A stretch of 64,000 nucleotides of DNA from Octopus vulgaris (Eukaryota): assembly GCA_951406725.2 (NCBI GenBank), contig OX597828.1:23498001-23562000 (forward strand). The letters are read 5' to 3'. The notes under the pieces were generated by a model that saw nothing but the letters and a program-made list of their open reading frames with translations, was not told where the DNA came from and ran no database searches. The translations under genes were made by a program, and so were the position numbers. Of this stretch, positions 55,186 through 64,000 are shown in pieces. Positions within the stretch are counted from its first letter, which is position 1, and every line of letters starts with the position of its first letter.

Positions 55186-55492
55186 TGAAGGCACGTGGCA
55201 TAGCGGTTAGAGTATTCTGCTCGTGATCGCAAGGTCGTGAGTTCGATTCCCGGCGACGCGTTGTGTCCTTAAGCAAGACATTTTATTTCACGTTACTCCA
55301 GTTCATAAGTAGAACCTTATTTCAAAGGGCCAGTCTTGTCATACGCTGTGTCTCACTGAATCTTCCCGAGAAATACGTTAAAAGTTCACGTGTCTGTAGA
55401 GTGTTGAACCACATGCGCGTTAATTTCACGAGCAGGCTATGCCGTTGATCGGATCAACTGGAACCCTCGTCGTCGTAACCGACGGAGTGCCA
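55186..55492 (+). mobile_element. tRNA-derived SINE family C
   Basis: A-box TGGCATAGCGG, B-box GAGTTCGATTCC, TGTGTCCTTAAGCAAGACA core-like segment; second copy at 39118-39455. Confidence 0.85.
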
Positions 55493-56134
55493 GCTAAATA
55501 TCTTTGATGTCACCCAGGTTAGAAAGTTTTTTGTTTGCATGTCTACTTCAATACCTTTTCCCGCGTACACGCTAGGTGAGAAGCGATTTGAAACTAAGCA
55601 ATAGGAAAAGAAACACTGAATAATGTAATCATAGATATTAAAAAATGTCCGTAAAAAAGAGATATCCATAAAAAGAGAATCTCTTGACATATTCCTGCTG
55701 CTTCACAAGTAAATACCACATACACAAAAATAAGAAAATAACAGAAAAAAATTATAACAAAGTACGGGTTGCACCTTTGGCGATAGTTTCTACAAGGGAG
55801 ATAATCATTTTTGCATAATATTTGATGAGATTAGAAATGTGGATTTCAAATAAAGAATTATGAGGAAAAGGATGCATAGAATTCATAAAAACTAATTTTT
55901 ATTTTGTTTCCTTATTAGCAAGTTCTTAAAAATTTCCAGAATTGCAACATAAGATTTGATCCTAGAAATTAACAAATAGGAGATTCAAAATTAGAGTTTG
56001 AAAGATCAGATACAGTGATCGATGGAAATACCTCTGGGTTTCAGCGAATCCTTTCAGTATTGTTACATCATTGTACTTCATTAATCAGCTATTTGATGAC
56101 AATCATTTCCAGAGCTTACCACGATATTAGGTTT

Positions 56135-56315
56135 AAGGGGGCAAACTGACAAATTGCTTAGCAGCATTTCGTCCGTATTTACGCTGCGAGTTCATATTCC
56201 GGTGAGGTCGAAATTTCTTTTAATATTATCGGAGCACATAAAATAAATACCACTGAGAGTCGATGTAATCGATTTGTCGACGCGCCACAAATTTCAGGCC
56301 TTGTATCTATATTAG
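56135..56315 (+). mobile_element. SINE family B, degenerate
   Basis: TGCTTAGCAGCATTTCGTCCG..GAGTTCATATTCC..GTCGATGTAATCGA..CAGGCCTTGT. Confidence 0.6.
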
Positions 56316-57127
56316 GATTTGGGAACAATTATAATCCATTTTCTAATATGGTCAGATGGTATCACAACCAGGAAAATTGTCTTACGTTATATGTTGTAGC
56401 ACTATTGGATCTGAGATGACATCGCAGCAAGGTCGAACGTGTATTTGATGCTTCTTGGTGAGACAAAATGATATACATATGCAAAGTGGAGGATTGAAGG
56501 GTTTCTGTTCTCCGAGCGATACTTTCGCGGCCCTTTTGAAAATAACTGCGATGGTAAAGTTGCCCAGCCTTGAAGGACGTTCGTGGCCTTCTAGAAATTT
56601 AGTGGCATTGGAAATGGTTTGTTGCCTGTTGCTATTTCATTGGATGACATCACACAAGTGGGCAGCATGCAGAAAGAAAGTATCCAGATGCAGTCTGGGA
56701 AAAAATCATGCATGTACGATGGCATTATATATGTACGTACTGCGAACACTTCTACATACCCACACACATTCATACACAGATGAACACACACTCATACACA
56801 GATGAACACACACACGTGTGTGTTTATGTCTTTATGTTTGTATATATTATGTATATGTATGTATGTAAATATATGCGTATGCTTATATATACATGCATAT
56901 ATACACGTATATATATACAATTTATATATGTATATATATATAAATATATCCATGCACACACACATATACATATACATCCATTCATACATATATGTGTCTG
57001 TGCATGTGTGTGTGTGTGCATGTGTGTGCGTGCATGTGTGTGTATGTATAGACATGCACATGTATATATACATATATATGTACATATATCTTTATATACG
57101 TATGCATACATATATATATACATACAT

Positions 57128-57179
<52 letters not shown>

Positions 57180-58028
57180 TTTCTGGTGGACTCGGCTTTG
57201 TTAAACACAATTGTCCGTGATGCCTTGCAGCAACATTGAACTCGGGATATCATTGTTACGAGGCAAACTTTAAAACTTCTTTGACATCCACACATGTATG
57301 TGTCCGTCCATCCGTGTGCGCATGCTCTATGTGCGTGCAAATATATGTATATACACATGCCTATATATATATATATATATATATATACCTACGTACTTAC
57401 CATACATATATACATACTGCCGGTCCTATGACCTTACATCTGCAACAGTGTATTCTCGATTCAATCTTTTGATCTTCAAAGATCACAGGAAATTGATTTG
57501 GATGGTTGGTTGGTTGGTAGGCTGGCTAACTGGCTGGCTGGTTGGTTGACGGCCATTGGTAACCCAACTAAACAACAGCTACTCTAACTACAACAGCAAC
57601 AATATCTGCCAAAATAATAACAAAAATAATAATAATGATAATAATTGATAGTATATAAAAAAAAATGTAAGCGTGTAACATATAAAAAAATAAAGAAAGC
57701 ATTTGCCAACACTCAACAGAAAAAAATTTTTTAGAAGTCTGTATACTAGTAAACGATACTCATGCATTTCTATGGTGCTACATACTGTAATAATTGTGTA
57801 AGGTTTGTTTCATATATTTTTTTATATTATAGTGATTTTTTTTGTTTTTTTGTGATATTGTAATTTTTTTTTTATCAGTGTTGTATAGCGAATGGTTTCG
57901 GTATAGGTTTTTCTATGTAACCTTTCCATGCTTGCTATACGGTTTTCAGAATCAGTCTTCAATTGGTTTTCATTAAAGCCTGTTTATCATTTGCCGAAAT
58001 CAAAGGTCCCGTGTTGGCGAAAGTAAAT

Positions 58029-58030
<2 letters not shown>

Positions 58031-58081
<51 letters not shown>

Positions 58082-58194
58082 GAGAGAGAGGAGAGGAGGG
58101 AGAGAAAGAGATGGAGAGCGATAGGGGAAATGAAATAAAGATCAGAGATATTAGAGTGAGGGAGATAACTAGGTGGACCTCAATAACTATATAC

Positions 58195-58275
<81 letters not shown>

Positions 58276-58300
58276 CATCCATCCATCCATCCATCCATCC

Positions 58301-58378
<78 letters not shown>

Positions 58379-58542
58379 ACCTTGCTCTCTTTATATGTAC
58401 GTATGTATGTATGAATGTATACATATATATATATGTGTGTGTGTGTGTGTATGAGAGCGAAAGAGAATATAAACAAACTGAAAGGCGGTACTCTGGCATG
58501 GCATCAGCCTCCGGCTAAAAACGTAATGGATTGAGATTAAAC

Positions 58543-58625
<83 letters not shown>

Positions 58626-58630
58626 TGTGT

Positions 58631-58664
<34 letters not shown>

Positions 58665-58672
58665 CTGTGTGT
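58031..58672. repeat. (GA)n, (TATC)n/(CATC)n and (TG)n microsatellite block
   Basis: Directly visible. Confidence 0.95.
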
Positions 58673-59314
58673 ATCTTTAAATATTTGGATAAATAGATGC
58701 CTATATTCCACACGCACACTCACACATTATGTCTATATATAGACAAAGAGAGAGGAGGGAGAGAGGGAGGCAGCGTTAGAACGGATGGGAACGAGAGAGT
58801 GAATGGGGGGAAAAAACTACAGGTGAAAGAGAGAGCCAGTGTATATAGGTATGCTTTCGTAATGAACGATAAAGTAAGAAAAATTAGTGGGATAGAAAAG
58901 AAGTAGGAGACGAACAGACACACGAACGTAGATACACAGACACAGGTAAATACGTAAATATAAGATGTTTGATTGGAGGAGGTGATGTGGGTAGTCCGTC
59001 TCGTAAATATATTTATTTTACGGTAACGAGGTTGTATTTTAATGAGTTTAATACACACGCAACGAGACTTTCATGTATGCACGCGCAAATAAACGTATGC
59101 GTGTATATGTACTTGCGTGTGTGTATGTGTGTGTGTGTGTAGGGATGTGGTTATACATATGCATACGCAAAATCGTACATGCACACACTTTCACACATAA
59201 ATAGATCGATTTATTCACATACAGATCGATATATGGATCATTCATATATAAACATACATGTGTATGAGCGTGCCTGTGTGTATATATATATATATATATA
59301 CATATATATATTAG

Positions 59315-59346
<32 letters not shown>

Positions 59347-59649
59347 GAAGAGAGAGAGAGAGAGAGATAAACATATAAATGAAATATATATGTATGCGTT
59401 TTCGTGCACAAAGATGCGTATTTATCTATATATTTCATTAAATTCTTTGAATGTGTGTACAGACATATATACGTGTGCGTTTGTATGTATCTGTTTGAGT
59501 GTATGTGTATGTGTGTTCGTGTGCCTCGGTTTGCGTGTGTGTGTGTGTCTGTGAGTGTGTGCGTGTGTGCGAGTGTTCATGTGTGTGTGTGTGTGAGCGT
59601 ATGTGTGTATGTAATTAAGTAATATATACATACTGAATTAGAAATTAGC

Positions 59650-59691
<42 letters not shown>

Positions 59692-60574
59692 TTTGATACT
59701 TAGATAGCGTGTAAGCTGGGGGAGGAGAGAAAGAGCGAGATGCCATCAAACAGCCTGTGACGAATCGTTATCTGAAGTAGCCAATTGACTCTGGTGTATT
59801 CTCCGTTTGATTATTTACCAGTGTAAACATTAGTGTTTAATCAACTACATATTTACGTTTGAACGGGCATAGCGTTTACACACAAACACACCCACACCCA
59901 CACACATACACACACAGATATATATATATATACGAACATATTTATGTACATATATACATATATACAGACGTACGTACTTGCCTACATACATACAGAGAAA
60001 CGTACAAACATATGTATACGTGAATAATATTTTCCGTGCTATGTTTAAAAGCATAACATGTTACTATAATTTTGGACTCGAGTCAAATAGAAGAAACTAC
60101 GAATCTTTGTTAGAATATCAATGTAAAAGGAGTCGCGATGGGCTAGTTTATAGCGGTATCAAGTCCTCTAAATTACGATAATGAAGTCGAACCAAATAAT
60201 GATATTTTGTATGCATTTAATACGCACGTTCCAGACCTTTTGCGTATAATAGGAAATACTTCCGTTACGCAATATCTCCATCAGTTTCTAGGTTTTGAAA
60301 TATAACCAACCGATGGAATTTTTTCTATACATATAATGAGAGCAGGAGAAGTCGGTTACTAAGGTACGAGGAAGAATATGTTGAGAGAAGAATGAGGAAG
60401 AGAGGTAGAGTCAGTGAGAGGAGAAGAGATATTAAGAGAGGTAGAGGGAAAAGAGAAAAGTAAGAGGAATATGTGAGAGAAGAGGAAAGGAGACTGATTA
60501 TGTGAGCATAGAAAAACAGGAGGATAATAGACTACAGAGAAGAGAAGTGAAGGTATTTTTCCTCTATTCATTAA

Positions 60575-61060
60575 GCCTCACCTCACAATCTGTTTTGCCA
60601 TAGTCACTAGACAGAGGAACACTCTCTGTCCTACCTTGTTACAGGTGTATCGTTGGATGATCCTCACAATTGATTACGTCGATTATCGGAATCGTCGCAC
60701 ACGTGATAACAGCTGTCCGACATAACTCCACAAGTCAGCAACACCCTAACACTTCAGGTTTCGTGGATCTTCGCGTATCTCAGATGGCTCTCATCTGACA
60801 GCACTTCAGTACCTGAAGCGTTTACCGCGAACTGGCAGTCGCCCCGATAGCACTGACTGGCCAGGGATTTCTGCAAGTTATCCACGGTAGAATCATACAA
60901 GAAGATCCTCCTAAATAGAGGAGCTTGTTCATCGTCTTCGACGCCTAGAGATTCAGCAAGAATGTCATCGCTCTTACTCACCACTAGATTTCTACATATT
61001 GCTCCCGAGGAACTTCAACCGACCGTGCTGCCCGATAAGAGAAGAGTGAGCGTCTAACAG
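60575..61060 (-). mobile_element. L1/Tx1-like LINE ORF2 C-terminal fragment, decayed
   Basis: Broken translation ..DNLQKSLASQCYRG/RLPVRGKRFRY..VADLWSYVGQLLSRV..VFLCLVTMAKQIV resembles the region around the zinc-knuckle of Tx1/L1 ORF2; the cysteines themselves are not preserved. Confidence 0.55.
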
Positions 61061-61099
61061 TAACAATAACGGAGATGTCAGTCGTAGATAGGATTTTAA

Positions 61100-61700
<601 letters not shown>

Positions 61701-62099
61701 GATAAATGTATGTACAGGCTGTTTGTAGTGGTGAATAGATTTTATATATTAAGGAAATGGAGGTAGTCAGAATCTTTGTTGATTATTATTTATAGTTTTT
61801 ATTTCATTCCTTTTAGAGGCTCATCCGACATGATTTTTACAGAATTTGTTTTTTTCTTTTTACTCTTTATATAAATTTGGAAGGGAATGTTTCTTTTCTC
61901 CACATGCGAAAGGGATGACCCACACTGTCGAAAACCAAGGTCTTATGGAGTAGAAAAACACAGATACAAAGATACAAACACATAGACTTGTATGTGTGTG
62001 TGTGTATATATATATATATATCACAAAATTCTTACCAAAAGTACTCTTTAGTACCAAACAAAAACTATCTATAGCAAGAATAATATATGTGTACACCAA

Positions 62100-62500
62100 G
62101 GCGGCGAGCTGGCAGAATCGTTAGCACGCCGGGCGAAATACTTAGCGTTATTTCGGCCGCCGCTACGTTCTGAGTTCAAATTCCACAGAGGTCGACTTTG
62201 CCTTTCATCCTTTCGGTGTCGATTAAATAAGTACCAGTTACGCACTGAGGTCGATATAATCGACTTAATCCGTTTGTCTGTCCTTGTTTGTCTCCTCTGT
62301 GGTTAGCCCCTTGTGGGTAGTCTGTGGTTAGCCCCTTGTGGGTAGTCAAGAAATAAGAAACGTTAGCACGCTGCGTGAAATGCTAGCAGTATTTCGTCTG
62401 CCGGGGTCGACAAATTAAGTACCATTTGCGTACTAGGGTCGATCTAATCGACTGGTCCCCTCCCTCCAAATTTAGGGTCCTGTGCCTAGAGTAGAAAAGA
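62100..62500 (+). mobile_element. SINE family B, dimeric long form with a 25-bp internal duplication
   Basis: Full head GGCGGCGAGCTGGCAGAATCGTTAGCACGCCGGG; TCTGTGGTTAGCCCCTTGTGGGTAG occurs twice at ~62296-62345. Confidence 0.88.
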
Positions 62501-62617
62501 ATATACGTGATCACTCACTGGAACTGAACAAGTTATTACCACTATTTTGTGGAGGGACATGGCCTAGTAATTAGAGCAGCGGGCTCGTGGTCTCAGACCG
62601 GGCGATTTGTGTGTTTA

Positions 62618-63908
62618 CGAGGGGCGTTCAATAAGTAATGCCCCTGGCCCACTTCCCATAGCAGTAGAGCAACGAAACTTGGCACAGTTATTAGTCTTTT
62701 TCTACATAGGAACCACCCAGAGTTACGCATTTCTCCCATTGTTTGATGCAGCTCTGAAGACCATTTTTGTAGAAGACCCCATCTTGGTCCATCTTGGTCC
62801 TCCAACCACGACGTGACTTCAGAAATCAAGGCTGCATCACCTGGGAAACGCTTTCCTTGCAAAAACAACTTCATGGCAGGGAAGAGGTGAAAATAAGAGG
62901 GTGCAAGGTCAGGAGGGTAGGGGGAATGGGGGATGAGTTCATAGCCGCACGCCTGTGCTTCTGATCTGGCGACACGCGAGTTGTGAACCGGAGCGTTGTC
63001 CTGCAAGAGGAGGATGCCTTTGATGATCTTGCCCCGCCTCTTGATTTTGATAGCTTCTCTTAATTTCCTCAAAAGTGAAGCATAATAGGCTCCTGTAATT
63101 GTGACACCATTTGCCAGGAAATCTGTCATCACTACTCCGTCCTGGTCCCAGAAGACTGTGAGCCTGACCTTGTCAGCGGAGGGCTGCACCCTTGCCTTCT
63201 TTGGAGGAGGTGAGTCACGGTGCTTTCACTGCATTGACTGCGCTTTGGACTCTGGATCATAGTGATGGACCCAGGTTTCATCCTGTGTAATCAGTCTTTT
63301 GAAAAAATTTGACTCATCTTCTTGGCACATCTCCAAATTCATCCTCGAGCAATCGACGCGTTCTTGCTTCTGGAAAGGTGTGAGCAACCTGGGAATCCAT
63401 CTGGCAGACACCTTTTTCATATGCAAATTGTCATGAATGATAGTTTCCACAGACCCGGTACTAATCTTGACCTCATGGGCTATTTGGCGAATAGTTATGC
63501 GTCGATCTTCCAAAATGACAGCCTCAACTTGACGGACAGATGCCTCATCAATGGCAAAAGGGGGCGATAAGATCTGGGAGCTGTTTCCACAGAGTTCCGA
63601 CCATGTTTGAATTCACGAATCCAGCGTTTTACAAGGTCATATGATGGGGCATCATCACCATAAGTTACTTTCATTTCATCAAAAGTCTCCTGTGGTGTGC
63701 GTCCTTTCAAATACAAAAACCGAATCACTGCTCGACACTCAACAGGCTTCATTTCACACTTGACTCAGTTCAAACACTTGTAAATCAGAAACCACAGTTA
63801 GTTCAGAGCTGTAATTTGCCACTTAATTTATAGAGATGTCAATAATTGCACATGCTAGATCAAACAACTGAAAGTGGGTCAGGGGCATTACTTATTGAAC
63901 GCCCCTCG
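62618..63908 (-). mobile_element. Full-length mariner DNA transposon, 1291 bp
   Basis: TIR CGAGGGGCGTTCAATAAGTAATGCCCCTG (29 bp perfect, 37 bp with 1 mismatch) at both ends; TA TSD at 62616-62617 and 63909-63910; canonical mariner length. Confidence 0.97.
62691..63752 (-). pseudogene. Mariner D,D34D-type transposase pseudogene
   Basis: MKPVECRAVIRFLYLKG..WIPRLL..ITQDETWVHHYDPE..VFWD..LLQDNAPVH..YPPDLAPSY..WEKCVTLGGSYVEKD*. Frameshift near 63560, TGA at 63226-63228, third catalytic D changed to Y, and a 10-bp duplication at 62781-62800. Confidence 0.95.
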
Positions 63909-64000
63909 TATCAGCGAAACACTACGCGGCTCCGACTGAAGGTAATGGCAAACTTCTGCTGACTCTTTCGTCACAACTGTCTCTCACTGTTTCCTCCTGC

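Larger units (their letters stand above)
62551..64000 (+). mobile_element. tRNA-derived SINE family F, split by the mariner insertion (62551-62617 and 63909 onward)
   Basis: A-box-like TGGCCTAGTAATTAG head. Removing the mariner joins ..GATTTGTGTGTTTA to TCAGCGAAACAC.., which reads as one continuous SINE body as I recall it. Confidence 0.6.

Noticed and set aside
55190-55265. tRNA-like sequence with A and B boxes (also at 21383 and 36919)
   Set aside because: No complete cloverleaf or acceptor stem; it continues into a shared SINE body found in several copies.

Overview
AT-rich, repeat-saturated eukaryotic DNA. I cannot recognise any host exon, RNA gene, operon or CRISPR array, so this is most likely a long intron or intergenic desert. 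The density of (TA)n/(CA)n/(GATA)n/(TAA)n/(ATC)n tracts and the SINE families resemble what I recall from octopod (Octopus) genomes; that taxon call is pattern recognition, not a database result. Nearly all ORFs in the supplied track are microsatellite translations. Supported content: one full-length but inactivated mariner transposon (62618-63908) nested in a SINE; decayed LINE fragments (RTE x4, CR1/L2-like, L1/Tx1-like); about 20 tRNA-derived SINE copies from several families (my own labels A-F); short non-autonomous Helitron-like elements; a MITE; and Penelope-like terminal fragments with hammerhead-like motifs. The most unusual structures are a perfect 82-bp spacerless palindrome, a modular foldback element interrupted by a LINE 3' end, an ABAB higher-order SINE tandem array, and close inverted SINE pairs. 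I found no evidence of a new protein-coding system. Boundaries of degraded repeats are approximate.
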